Source: Chlorokybus atmophyticus (lineage: Eukaryota; Plantae; Mesostigma and Chlorokybus algae). From it: 64,000 nucleotides of DNA. Positions 38,714-51,240 of the stretch are shown in pieces. The notes beneath the pieces are model-generated. The model made no database searches. It was not told the origin of the DNA and saw only the letters and a list, made by a program, of their open reading frames with translations. The translations under genes were made by a program, and so were the position numbers. The stretch is taken from assembly GCA_009103225.1 (NCBI GenBank), contig RHPI01002910.1:195645-259644 (forward strand), in the 5' to 3' direction. Positions within the stretch are counted from its first letter, which is position 1. Each line of letters starts with the position of its first letter.

Positions 38714-41444
38714 CGGTTGGAATGAGATGCATGTGGTTGCGTGTCCATGCGCCCTAGTCACCGCTTCTCCTATGCACACAATCAACAAGGGCACATTCCG
38801 TAGTGACACTTGCTGCTGTGGGTTGACTAGGCTGTCACGGCATGCAATCAGCCCTCCACTGTACAATCAGTGCGGAAGGCAATTGCTTAGTCACATCACG
38901 CCACACACGCAGCACATGGTGGACCCCACATGGTCTCGACCATGGAGGGAGTACTGCATGGCACATGCAAGACATAAATGTTAAGGGTGTGATGCATAAG
39001 GTATATTATGAATGTGGATGTGGCCCCCTTAGCTCTCTAGGTTGTGGCCTTGCAACCAGATGATATGCATGCGCCTGTTGCTGTGACTGTGCGTGGGTGC
39101 AAGTGCATGCTTGAGTGAATGTGTGTGAGGATATGATTAGATTAGATTGCTATACCCTATGTACACCATGACGTGCACATTTGATGAATGTGTGCAAAGT
39201 ACTCAGCGCATGCTGCATTGGCCTTGTGGACTTATGTGTACCACTTATGCGCTAACACAATCTCATGCATGCCACAATCCTTGCATACTATTATACACTC
39301 AAAGCGCCGAGCACTCACATCACAGCCACAAGCACACCAACTCCCAACCATTTACTACACTTACCACACCTACTTCACTACACCAAGGGGCTGGCTAACG
39401 GGGCTAGCGATGTGCAATGCATATAGCTAGTGCATTAGGTAGGCGTGGGCGAGATGCAATAGTACCGTGTGTCCCCAACTTGATGCATGCTGCATAGCAT
39501 TTGACAAAACCCTAAAGCATGGCAGTCGCAGTAGTAGCGACCATTGCAGGTGGAGGGTTTGGGGGAGTTGGCGGGTCATTCTAGCCAACGTGGGTTGCAA
39601 CTGATGCTGCCATGGTGATGCAGGTAACTACCCTGATGCATGCATGCATAACGGACAGGGTCGAGCTATGGTGCTACTAGTAGAGTTGGTGGTAGGAGAG
39701 GGTAGTACCCCAGCAGTCAAGCATGTGGGCGTGAGGTGAGTACAAAAGGTGGTATGGCGCAGGGCGTGTGTTTGTAAGCATCACACTTGGTTGCAACATG
39801 ACAACTATGTGCAAGTGCTTAGTGCATGCTGCATTGGTTCTTGTGAGTCGACACCTCACAGCGCACGCCACACTCAACTCAATGCTGCATTTGCAACCAC
39901 CGGGTTAAGCCATGCACTTGCGTGCTCCCTACCGCCAACCCCTACCGTAGGTGACCTCTACCGGCTCCATGTTAGCCATGTATTCGGTGGTTAACATGCA
40001 CAGATGCACGTTTAGTGTACGTATAATAGTGTGCACACATGCACCGTGCTGCACCAGGCAAACAATAGCAACAAGACCGCTGCGCAGGCTGCCGTGTTTC
40101 TTAGCGTTGTACATGCAGCGTATGGCGTGCGCGTTGCAACATGCGCAGGGCTTCACCATCCAGGAGCGCGGCTCCGCGATCGTCGTAGCATTACCAGGCT
40201 GGGGTCCACCGCAGATGGCAGCTGTAACGACGGAGGGCATAGCTGACGCGGTATTGTATGCATAACTTGCGTAGCTTATGGCTAGATTTACACAACTTGT
40301 TGAAAATCAGTGTATGATATACGTTGTTAATTCTAGATTGGCAACTGTACTCTTTTTTGTACATGTATTCTTTTTAATACCAAAACCGGACTTTTTGGGC
40401 CACAAACTTGTGGACAAAGTATTACGCTTTGTGCAACATGCCATCAATTAATGAAAGCAATATAAAGAGCTACAATAAAAATAAATGCTTGGATTTATTG
40501 GCAAAATTTGCAGCACCTCCGGAATTTTAAAGTCATGCCATCATTGTCAGCATAGCATGATCTAGTTTGTAAACGTAAATAACACATGTCAATTCAAGCA
40601 TAATGGAGGCAAGTAGCCTTGCATTAGCATCAATGTGTGCTGATGAACACGTACCATACTCATTGACATGCTTATTCTTTTATGTGTGGCGTGGGTAATT
40701 AATATTGTTATGGCACATTGCGCAGGCCTCGGCTGTATACCTACAGACACATTACTGATTTTGACAAGACACTTGTATGCTGATTGGCTTGACAGATATA
40801 ATTCCACAAAGCTACACATTATAAGGAATGCTCTCTTATACGGGTGTGGTTTTTGAAGCTTTTCAATTGACGTAGCATGTTACCCACAGTCCACCATAAT
40901 TGTACCTAATTAATTACAGTTACTGGCTAGCCTAGTGTTAATACGCGGTGTTTACCACAATATATGATATTGACGTGTAGGTATTGGCGCCAACACCACC
41001 ATCATAAGGTTTTTAAAGTATCACTGACTGTGTAATATGTTCATAACATGGCTTGTTGAATGTGTGAATGACTTTATTCATTGCTCAATTGTTGCATACC
41101 ATATTTACCCCGTTAGCGTCCCGTCACGATATTACCATAAGTAATACTGATGTCGTTACCACGTGGCGTTACAAGGGTACCGTAATTGATTAAAGACTTT
41201 AAGGTTTTACTCTGTAAGCAGCACTTATGCCCCGTAAATTACTACAATGAACTTGCCTTATGGCATAATTCTACACGATAAAGATGTACTACATCTTGTA
41301 TCAAGGCATCTTACGGTACGTTACATGAATCTCACAAGTTTCAATGAGAGATTTCGTAGCATGCATGACAAGTATAGTGACGGGCGTGACAATTGTAACA
41401 CATGGGACGTGATGGGTACAACCCATCACACTTAGTAAGCTAAA

Positions 41445-41640
41445 CTAGCGGTGCGGCTGATTGGGCGTGTGATTGGGCCGGCCGGCCGGCCGGCATTAGG
41501 GCACAAGACACATCACACGCGCACCACGCACGACGGCCGGATCAGTGACATCCGGCACCCGCGACTGCCGGGCTGCGCGGTATGCGCGGCTCGCCTGCCT
41601 CTCATTGGCTAAGCGGCAATTATTAGCTATAGGCCGTCGA
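41445..41640. repeat. Partial copy of the GC-rich head of the local ~1-kb repeat family
   Basis: Shares GTGCGGCTG.TTGG, GCCGGCCGGCCGGC, CACATCACAC, GGCACCCGCGACTGCCGGGCTGCGCGG and CTCATTGGCTA with the copies at ~44520-44620 and ~45850-46000. Confidence 0.75.
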
Positions 41641-41840
41641 TCTATCAAAACAAATCTCGACCGTCCTAAGCTTATCCCCATGTCATGCAACTGCTCAAAT
41701 ATATGCGAATGATATATACTTTATTTCTGATAATCTTAATAACTGTATGCAATGATGACTACATATAATAATATGCATTATAATTAGTAACAAGTTAAAT
41801 ATATATATGTATCATAAGTGCAAACTATACATGATATATA

Positions 41841-43790
41841 CCGCATTTACCCGATCACAGTCCCCCCCTTTTTACAGTGTCCCCCCCCCCCCAATATGGG
41901 GGGGTATTGTATTCGGGGGGGGATATTATTACAAGGGGGGGACTATGTTTGGTAGCAGGGGTTGCCGCCTTTCCCGCCTTTCTTCCGCAAATCTCATCCT
42001 TGGGGGCGACCAACTGCGTAGTTGGCGGCGGTGTGGTTGTGGAGGGCGGTGTGGTTGTTGAGGGCGGTGTGGCTGGCGGCAGTGGCAAATGGTTGGTCGG
42101 GCTGCTGCAAGGCAGGCCAGCATGCGCCGGCTTGAGGAGGAAGCAGCGGCTGCTGCTGAAGTGGCCTCAGCAGCGGCAGCGGCTGCAGTCGAGGTTGCTG
42201 CCGCAGCTGCTGCTAACGGCAAGGCAGACCAAGCAGCACGTGAGGCGCGCCCAGATGGGGTGGTTGCAAAGCAGCGCGCACGTGAGAGCAGTTGTAAAAA
42301 GAATAAGAGGCACCTGCGCCGTCAATTTACAATAAGTTAAAGATGTGCATTCGGTAATGCTTGCTTGCGTGTGTTGTGTCAGCGCAGTTAGTTTCTGCTT
42401 GTGCACCTGTTCAACACATGCTCGACATTGATAAGCAGCTAATGCAAAGGTTGTGTGTGTAGCTGAAGATGTTGCGTCGGGCACGCCATATTGGGGTGAA
42501 GGCTGCAGCACGTGAGCATGATGTCTATCCAAAAAGCATTCGTGAATGGATCAAGCAGGGCATTAACATCACGGGCAGCTTGAGGTCTGCCTTCCGTTTG
42601 CAAGGGGGTACGATATGTGCAATATACTTGCAACATGGATTGTAAACATCAACATGCAGTGTTGAATGTGGTGCTGCCCTTTGACATGCAGGTGGGCGCA
42701 AACCACAATTCCCAGACCTGGAGGAGCAGTTGTTCGCCTTTGTCAAAGACAAGCGCATGCTTGGCCTTGCTGTTTCGCAGTAGATGCTACAGGTACTGCT
42801 TGTACACACGCACTCCTTGCTAACTGCTTGTGCATACCCACGCACTCATTGCTGACTGCTTCCTAACTTACACACGCACTCATTGCTAATTGCTTGTGTA
42901 CATGCACACGCACTCATTGCTGAACCCTTGTGTACATGCACACGCAATTCGTGCTGAGTGGTTGTGCACATACCCACGCACTCATTGCTGACTGCTTGTG
43001 TACATGCACATGCACTCATTGCTAACTGCTTGTGCACATACCCACGCACTCTTTGCTAACTTACACACACACTCCTTGCTGAATGGTTGTGCCCATACCC
43101 ACGCACTCATTGCTGACTGCTTGTGCACATACACTGACTGCTACACTGAATGCTTGTACACTTACACTCATTGCTAACTGCTTGTGCTTATGTGTACATG
43201 CTCAAACAGGCGCTTGCGAAGCAGCTGATCGCAGAGGCCGACGAACAGTCGCCCGACAAGCATGTGCACTTCAACGCCTCCTTAAACTGAGCAGTGAGTT
43301 TTTACAAACGCCACGATCTTGTCGTGCGTGCTCGCACGAAGGTGGGCCAGAGAGCGCCTGCTCAGCAAGCAGAGATTATGACATCCTTTAGGTTGTTTGT
43401 TGATGGCATGCGGAAGAAGAACAAGTACACTATGCAACAGGTGCATTTTGTTGAGTAATTGCTTGATCAACCACAAGCAAGCAAGCAATCAAATGATAAT
43501 CATACACTTTGTGGCAGATTATCAACATGAATAAGGTTAAAGACTTTGCATCAGCGAGGCGCACGAACTGTGGCCCATGACAACAAAAGGTCATGAGAAG
43601 GCGAGCTTTACCCTTGTTCTATCAGTTTGTGCTGATGGTTCCAAGCTGCCTCCTCTTGTTGTGCTCAAGCGGAAGACGGTGCCGCGACCTCAAGGTGCCG
43701 GGCATGCACATCTACGCCAACAAGAAAGGGTGGATGAATGAAGATATGTGCGTGGAGTGGGTGGACGTAGATGTGAAGAAGCGCCCACAG
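41841..43790 (+). mobile_element. Degenerate, 3'-truncated pogo/Tigger (Tc1-mariner superfamily, CENP-B-like) DNA transposon with spliceosomal introns
   Basis: Exon remnants: LKMLRRARHIGVKAAAREHDVYPKSIREWIKQ (HTH); GRKPQFPDLEEQLFAFVKDKRMLGLAVSQ*MLQ (CENP-B HTH); FNASLN*AVSFYKRHDLVVRARTKVGQRAP; IINMNK...GHEKASFTLVLSVCADGSKLPPLVVLKRKT, then a frameshift to ...ANKKGWMNED (DDE_1). Candidate left end TA|CCGCATTTACCCGATCACAGTCCCCCC at 41841. No right TIR found. Confidence 0.85.
42811..43200. repeat. Minisatellite of ~30-35-nt degenerate units (CACACGCACTCATTGCT(A/G)ACTGCTTGTG...) inside a transposase intron
   Basis: About ten imperfect tandem copies visible directly. Confidence 0.8.
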
Positions 43791-43909
43791 GTGCTGAGTG
43801 ATGTGCATTGACTGCTTGTGCTTGCACACACATGTAACATACATGTGTGTACAAGCAGTGCTTGTTGCTTGTGTGCATGCATGTGTATTTCGTGTTGTTG
43901 GTGTTGTGC

Positions 43910-44280
43910 ACGCTAACTGGCTGACTGGTTGCGGAGCACGCACACTTGTTTGTGTGCACACTGGCTGGCTCCTTGCTTCCGACTGCTTGTGCGCATGCTG
44001 CTTGTGTGCATGCATGCGTACTTGTGTGTGTGCACATTGACTGGCTGGCTGGTTGCTGAGCACGCACACTTATTTGTGCACACACTGGCTGGCTCCTTGC
44101 TTCCGACTGCTTGTGTGCATGCATGCGTACACGTGTGTGTGCACACTGACTGGCTGGCTGGTTGCTGAGCACGCACACTTGTTTGTGCACACACTAGCTG
44201 GCTCCTTGCTTCCGACTGCTTGTGTGCATGCATGCGTACTTGTGTGCATGCATGCGTACTCGTGTGTGTGCATGCTGATT
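43910..44280. repeat. Tandem repeat, three ~110-130-nt units
   Basis: Unit containing CTGGTTGC(T/G)GAGCACGCACACTT...CTGGCTCCTTGCTTCCGACTGCTTGTG occurs three times in a row. Confidence 0.85.
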
Positions 44281-44435
44281 TGCTGACTGATTGGCTCCCA
44301 CACTTGTTGTGGCTTGTATGCATAATACTATAATATTATAGAATGTTATATATATAGGTAATGGTGTATGCATAGTATATATGATATACGCAATCTTTTA
44401 TACATAATATATAATATAGTATATCAATAGTTTCA

Positions 44436-46746
44436 CATGGCTTATATGATCTGAACATGTCCCACATGTATTAGATAATACATTAAGTACTAACGTTTCT
44501 GCCACGTTACGTGCGGAGATGAGTGGTGCGGCTGTTTGGTCGGGCCATCCCACGGCACCGCGACTGCCGGGCTGCGCGGCAGTATGTGCGGCCCGGCTTC
44601 TCATTGGCTAGGCGGCGAGTACAGGCGTTACACCGTTATATCTGCTTAAACAATCCTAGCCGTCCAAAGCACATCCAATTGTTAAAACGCATGCCAATAA
44701 ATGTAAAATTAAGCACGGTTCTGCATACGTGGCCGCTTATGGCTGCATGTTGATCATTTTTATGTGTAACACAAATACTAATAAATATGGAGATACAATG
44801 ATACATGTTGATATCTCAGATGTGTTGCAAAATGAAGCACATCTGTTGCTAAATGGTGCAATATGGTGCAATATGGCTAGCAACCTGCAGTTAAGCGTTT
44901 CAAAACTTTATAATAAACGTAATGTTTATGCCACGGTACATGCTAAATTTTTCCGTCAGTAATGCCAAGGTTACAACCATTGAAATAATGCTAACCTAAA
45001 TTACCTTAACGTTAAGATTCAACTAAACGAAAATTTGCATCGTTAGGCCACCATCTGGTCACGCTTGAATTTGATCAGATGGGATCGCAACGGTGACAAC
45101 AGCCGTTGCTCAAAAAGGCAGCGATTTGGCCCATTATTGCGGAGATGCGTAAAAGATGCTGAAAACTAATTCAGCGGCAACTGCTGACCAACGGCGACCC
45201 AAAATCGCTAGGGATTCAATGCAATTGCAGCACAGTTAGTGGTTAAAACGGCCGCGTTTTTGGCGGTACGAGGTCGGGGCAGGCCCCATACCCCAAGGAC
45301 ATGCCGCCACTACTCACCCTCGTTTCTAACTAATCCACTATACCATGTAACGCTAGTTGATTACACGCTATAGTTACTGCGTCATCAAACATGGTCAACA
45401 GCCGAATAATAAAAATGTGTATCATAAGTGCAAATTATACTTGATATATACGCACTTATTAATGAGTATTCTGATATTATACACATTGCACATTATATAT
45501 GAATGAAAGATTATACGTATATATTATATAACAATACACACCATAATACACATGAAATGCATGTAATAAAATAACATTATAGCATACTATATACTTATGT
45601 GTAATCTTCATGCATAATATATACGATACACCATGATATAAAATTTATATAATATATGCATATCTTATATATAATATATATGCATATGATATATTGCAAA
45701 AAATGAGGACAACATGGTGCACATGTGACAGCATATGGTTTCCCCACATGGCTTATATGATCTGAACATGTCCCACATGTATTAAGATAATACGTTACGT
45801 TAAGCACTAACGTTACTGCCACGTTACGTGCGGAGATATCAAGTAAATAGTGGTGCGGCTGTTTGGCCGGGCCTGCCGGCCTGCCGGCCGGCCGGCAATC
45901 AAACCACATCACACATCCCGCGCATGAGGGCCATCACACGGCACCCGCGATGCCGGGCTGCGCGGCAGTATGTGCGGAACGACTTCTCATTGACTACGCG
46001 GCGAGTACAAGCGTTACACCCTTAGATCTGCTTGATCGATCCTGGCCATCCAAAGCACATCCAATTACGCACAGTTCTGCATACGTGGCCGCTTACGGCT
46101 GCATGTTGATCATTTTTATGTGTTACAGAAAGTGATATGATAAATCTAAAGAAACATTAAGACATGTTGATATCTCTGATGTGTTGGAAAATGAAGCACA
46201 TATAGCGCAATGTGTTGCAATCTGGTGCAATATGGCTAGCAACCTGCAGTTAAGCATTATGAAACTTAATATTCAACGTAACGCTCACGCCACGGTACGT
46301 GCTGCGAAATTCAGTAAGTACTGCCGAGGTTACAACCATTAACGTTAACGTTAAGATTCAACTAAACAAAACATCGCATCGTTAGGCCACCATTTGGTCA
46401 CGCATGGATACTATCAAATGGGATCCCCATGGTGTCAACAGCCGTTGCTGAAAGGCAGCAAATTGGCCAATCATTGCAGAGATGCACAAAAGATGCGGAA
46501 AACTATCTCGGCGGCAACTGCTCGCCAATGGCGACCCAAATTGGCTAGCGATTTGGTGCAATTGCAGCACAGTTAGTGGTTGAAAGGGCCACATTTTTGG
46601 CGGTACGAGGTCGGGACATGCCCCATACCCCAAAGACATGCCGCCACTACTCACCCTCGTTCTAACTAATCCACTCTACCCTTTAACGCCAATTGATTAC
46701 ACGGTATAGTTACTGCGTCATCAAACATGGTCAACAACCGAATAAC
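44436..46746. repeat. Two diverged direct copies of a ~1-kb element (~44436-45410 and ~45743-46746) separated by AT-rich DNA
   Basis: Shared start CACATGGCTTATATGATCTGAACATGTCCCACATGTATTA and shared end ATGCCGCCACTACTCACCCTCG...GTTACTGCGTCATCAAACATGGTCAACA.CCGAATAA, with colinear interior. Confidence 0.9.
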
Positions 46747-49700
46747 ATACTAGGCGTGATGGCGTGATGGGCGCAGCGTGTTATGCATGATGTGATGAGA
46801 AACCCTCGTTAATAGCAAATTTATGCTCCTGTCAAAGAGCATATTATTATGCATAAGCGTCAAGTGCATAACCCCGCCAAGAGCATAACATGGCGCATGA
46901 TAAAAAGTATGCTCTTAGCAAGGGTAGATCGCAGCTTGCAGCTCAGCCTCCATTGAACTGGATTATCCGATGGGATTATTTAATAAACTCCATCGCGAAT
47001 CCCACGGCTCAGACCAGAGGCAGAAGTGATGATGCCGCGCATAGCGTGGGAGTCCCATGGTAGAACCGTAGGACCTGCACCAAGAATTTAATCTGACGGT
47101 CAGACTCTGACCTTGTGTTTTTCGACCCAGTTGAGCTCGACCAGCTCTCTACGTCACGTCGCAGAGCACTTTTGCTTCAAGGTGTCCGAGGTCCGCGACC
47201 CATTAAGCTTGCAAAATCGCCCTGCTGTTATCCAAGCCACGTGTATGTGTGCAGTAGGTACGGATGCTTGTATGCAAACGCTCGACTGTGGTTCACCTTT
47301 AATAGACCGATGATATATAAGCCGCTACACCCTGTGCACTTGAGTCATGCGAGATGAGAAGCTTATGATTTGATAGGTTACCTACCTCATCATAACTTAC
47401 CAACTATGACATACTGTGTATGTTGTGTACGAGGTGCAGCATTGCGGTTTCGCAAATGACGGCTTCGCCAGGGGTTTCGCCAGCTTGCACCAGAGGCCCA
47501 ATTCTGATGATTGGCGAAACCCCTTGTTCCCGCCAAATCCGCATAGCAAAGTGCAGTTTGGCGGTAATCTCATGCATACATACACATATACAAGATGTGT
47601 GTCACTATTATTATTGAAATGATACTGTGATTACATGTGTAAATAGTAAAACGCATATACTGATACATAATAAACATGATATATCGATTATGCACCTATA
47701 ATTGTGCATGCAATTTGATTATATGAAACTACTTGTGTCATACATGTACAAAGATATGCTTTATGGTATATTTATCATCAGAATTGTGTAATAATCATCA
47801 GTAAAAATGTATTGTTTGCGCTTATTGACTTTTAACTGCGCAACTTCTGTCAACTTTGAAATGAGAGCTCACAGCAACGCAAATGACGTGCAACTTGGTG
47901 CAAGCTGCTGGCTGCGACTTTTATGACCGGTGAGCCGCTGTACGAGGTTCCGCCAGAGTTCGCCACATGCACCATGAGTAGTGCATCAATTACCAGAGCC
48001 CTTAGGGTTGCACCGCGCACATATACACTGTACAGGCAGTTGTACGTACTAGGATATACGACGAGCCCCCGCGCGAAATGGCTAGGCTTATCCCGTAGTG
48101 CCACATACGTTACAACCCACATCCACATTCTGCATTATGTTTTACTTCGACCCATTTGTGTATGGCAATTTCAAGTAGCAGTGCCGATAAGTTCTGGACG
48201 CTTGACCCGCCGTTATGTGCGTCGTCGTTATACTGTACCTTTGTGCTTCCTCCGAGGAAGCAGCTCGTACACTGCATTGTCAGTGCGACGGTGCAACAGC
48301 GCTGTACAAGCGGTACCGCAGAGCATTGTCGTTAAACGCTGCTGCAGCGGTATACTGGTTAGCAGCGCAGTACCCGCTGCAGTATGCGCAACTCGTCCCG
48401 TACGGCGCTGCTTTTGTGCGCGTTACAGCACACTGGCGGGTGCAGCGGTGTACAAGCCAAACGCTGGCGAGGCTGAGTGCGCGGCAGCGGGCTGTCTCAT
48501 AACCTAGCCCTGATCAACGACACTTCGACCCAACGTTGCTACCAATTTACGTCTATTCGTTATCGCTGCTGAATCCCTATTAAAAGTTACAACCAAGGCA
48601 TTTGTTAACTATTGTTAGTCGTAATGTATGTGGCAGTACGGTATCGTGGTCGAGCCGTCACATATCGTGTTCGGGCCAGACCGCGCGGAATTTTATGTGG
48701 TACCGCCGTCGCGTGGCGAGCCTTGGGAGGCCGGTCTGTCAGAACAGGCCCGGCTATCGTCGGTTGATGCCGCCCTGTTCTGACAGATATCACAACCAGC
48801 TGTGACATCTGTCAGACCAGATGCGACACGACTGGTATCGCGTGTGTTTTGCAGGCTTGTCGGCGAGCCACGTCGACGGTCGGGTTAATGTACCGGTACA
48901 TGTACCCACAGCGCACAGCACACCACAGCGTCGTACCGATATGTTCCTGCCACGTTCTTTTCTCTCCCGGATTCACCTCGCAGGCGCTTCACGGGTAACT
49001 TAACCCTCACGAAGCCGTTAGTTACGTTTGCTCACGTTGGGGCGGTTACCTGCAACCGATTCTAGCAGTGTACCTTGCGGACGAGATGTTGAAGTTTAAC
49101 CGAATCCGGTCACCAAAGTCGACCGATTGGCATGGTCGGTTAGAAAGTGCAACCTGGAATCGGCAATACCGGAGCATCATGTGAGAGGGGTGCGGCAGCA
49201 GTCAGCTGCAATCAGGAATCTTTTGACACCTTCCACGGTGGAAATGCCACTGCAAGCGTGGAGACCACACGCCTCGGCCTACATAAAGCGCATTCTGCGT
49301 TCTCCGAAAAGCGCGGGAAATTGTGTGTGCTGTTGTCGGCAGGGGCGGAAGGAGGCGGGGGCGGGATCTGCTGGTGCTGGTGTTGGTGCTTGCCGGGAAC
49401 AACACGTCTGTCTGCTGCATGATGAGTTGCCGCTCTCTCAGCACTCCACCCTCGCTGCTAGCAGCAGCACTTCGCACGCAGCTGATAGAGCGCTGCCTGG
49501 GTGGGCGGCTGCAAGCAAGGCGCACAGGGGCGGCGCAGTCGTCGGCGTGGTGCAACTTCGGCTGGAAGCCTATTCGCAAGAAGCCCCCCCGCGCACACGC
49601 CTTTCTCGTAAGTCGCCGCATCCCCAGTGATTGCAGCACACAGCAGTTGTGTGCATGCTCGCGTGACTGCTTTTGGCACGGAACGCATCTTGTGTATATG

Positions 49701-49824
49701 CATACACTGTGAATGCTTCAATTGGGCACAGCTTGCCGCCTAGGTTAGCATGTAGAGTCCTGATCTCCTTTTTTCTGTTGCAAACAGCTCTTTGGCTTTC
49801 CCTGTACGTAACGGCGAGTCAGAC

Positions 49825-51240
49825 ATGACGTTACAGGGAGGATTGGGCGTGCTGTTGCAGAGGGAGGGCTTCACTTCTCTTAAAGTCTGGACCGTGGTGG
49901 TGTTGGCGGTAGCGTTGCTGTTCGCATTGGTCGTGCTCATCCGGATCACCCGTGCCATTGCGAGGTGGCTTCCACATCACATTGCCGTCATGGCCGGCAG
50001 CTCTGAGCCCCGTTTGCAGTGGAAGAACGAAGTGTTGGAAGTCTTGATGGGGAGGCTGTTTGAGGGATTGGGTGGGCTTTTGGAGGGTGCAGGCGCAGCA
50101 GGACTTGCCGCAGCGAGCCAGCTGCGCGTCCGTGCAACCGGCATGGATGTGAACCTGTTTGTCGCATACGACAAATTGAAGGTCGCTGAACAGCTGATGT
50201 CGGGCTTGGCGACCAGCTGGATGGTGCAGGCAACATGGGCGGTCTGCGTGCCGCCCATGTTTGTTGCGTGGCTGGTCAGCACACAAGGAGGCGATGCGTT
50301 GCTGATGATCGGCATGGTGGGCCTCGTCATTTCCCTGGGGACGGGTATCTGGGGAATGCAGCACTACATCGCTCATGATGCCGATGTTGACCTCCTCACG
50401 ATGAAGTGCTTGGACATGATCATATTTGGGGTGATCACCACAACAACCGATGCTTCAGGCTGGAAGGCTGCTGGCAACGACAGATATGCGCTGGGCGATT
50501 GCGATATAGACCGCGAGAGCTGCAAGGAGGAGGTGGCCTGCATGCGGAAAACTTTGGTGCTTTATCAAGATGCCGTCTCAGAGAGCCTTGATAAGGTAAG
50601 CGCTGCTGCACACATTATCTCGTGCATTGTGCGTGATGCGTCACATTGCTTTCTCATGATGACATTGCATATGTTGGAGCACTCCTTGGAATGTTCATTA
50701 TGGCTGCATAACAAAGATTCTGTACAGCAGTATCCATGCTTTGCGCACGCATGTGTAGTTGACAGGAAGTCGAGCATTACTGATGATGCAACGTGTACAG
50801 CAGTACACCTTGCATCATCAAGAACGTGAATCCCTGCACTTGTGAAGCTCACGACAGCGCACATGACCTTCAAGCACCCAAATGTGTTCTACATCTGTTC
50901 AATAACTGGCTTGCTGTGTGTGCAGGCATATTTGGTGTTGCTTCTCAGCCTGTTAACGCTCCTCTGCACGTTCTTGGCTACCGAGGTGGCCACGAGCTTT
51001 GCACCCTGGATGTTTCAAGTGCTTGTCGAAAGTGTGACATGCTATTCCAAGAGCTGTCACTACCTGCGCTCGAGTCACCTTTCGCTTAGGACAACGCAGC
51101 AAAAGGTCTTCGAGGAGGTTCATCGCGCAACCTCGGTCACCGACATGCCGAAGGAGGCTTTTGCAGCTGCTGCTATCCAACTGCTGCAGAACACGCTGCA
51201 CAATCCGCAGTCCACTACTGCGGATTACCTGAAGTGCTAG
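49825..51240 (+). CDS. Hypothetical multipass membrane protein; exons ~49825-50595 and 50926-51240 (an upstream exon near 49340-49607 is possible)
   Basis: Long open exon with several hydrophobic helices (VWTVVVLAVALLFALVVLI; ATWAVCVPPMFVAWLV; ALLMIGMVGLVISLGTGIWGM; AYLVLLLSLLTLLCTFLA). The AAG|GTAAGC...TGCAG|GCA junction is in frame. No family recognised. Confidence 0.65.

Noticed and set aside
39507-39516. Interstitial telomere
   Set aside because: A single AAACCCTAAA unit, not an array.
43850-44280. Possible CRISPR-like array
   Set aside because: Units are contiguous and degenerate with no unique spacers; no cas genes; eukaryotic context. It is a minisatellite.
44341-44400. Right TIR of the pogo element
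   Set aside because: Only a vague match to the reverse complement of the left end; not supportable.
46440-46580. Apparent shared reading frame between the two 1-kb repeat copies
   Set aside because: Non-synonymous changes, a stop and an indel outnumber synonymous changes; no evidence of coding constraint.
44436-46753. Helitron interpretation of the 1-kb repeats (CTAG at 46750-46753)
   Set aside because: CTAG follows only one copy, is followed by G rather than T, and has no subterminal hairpin.
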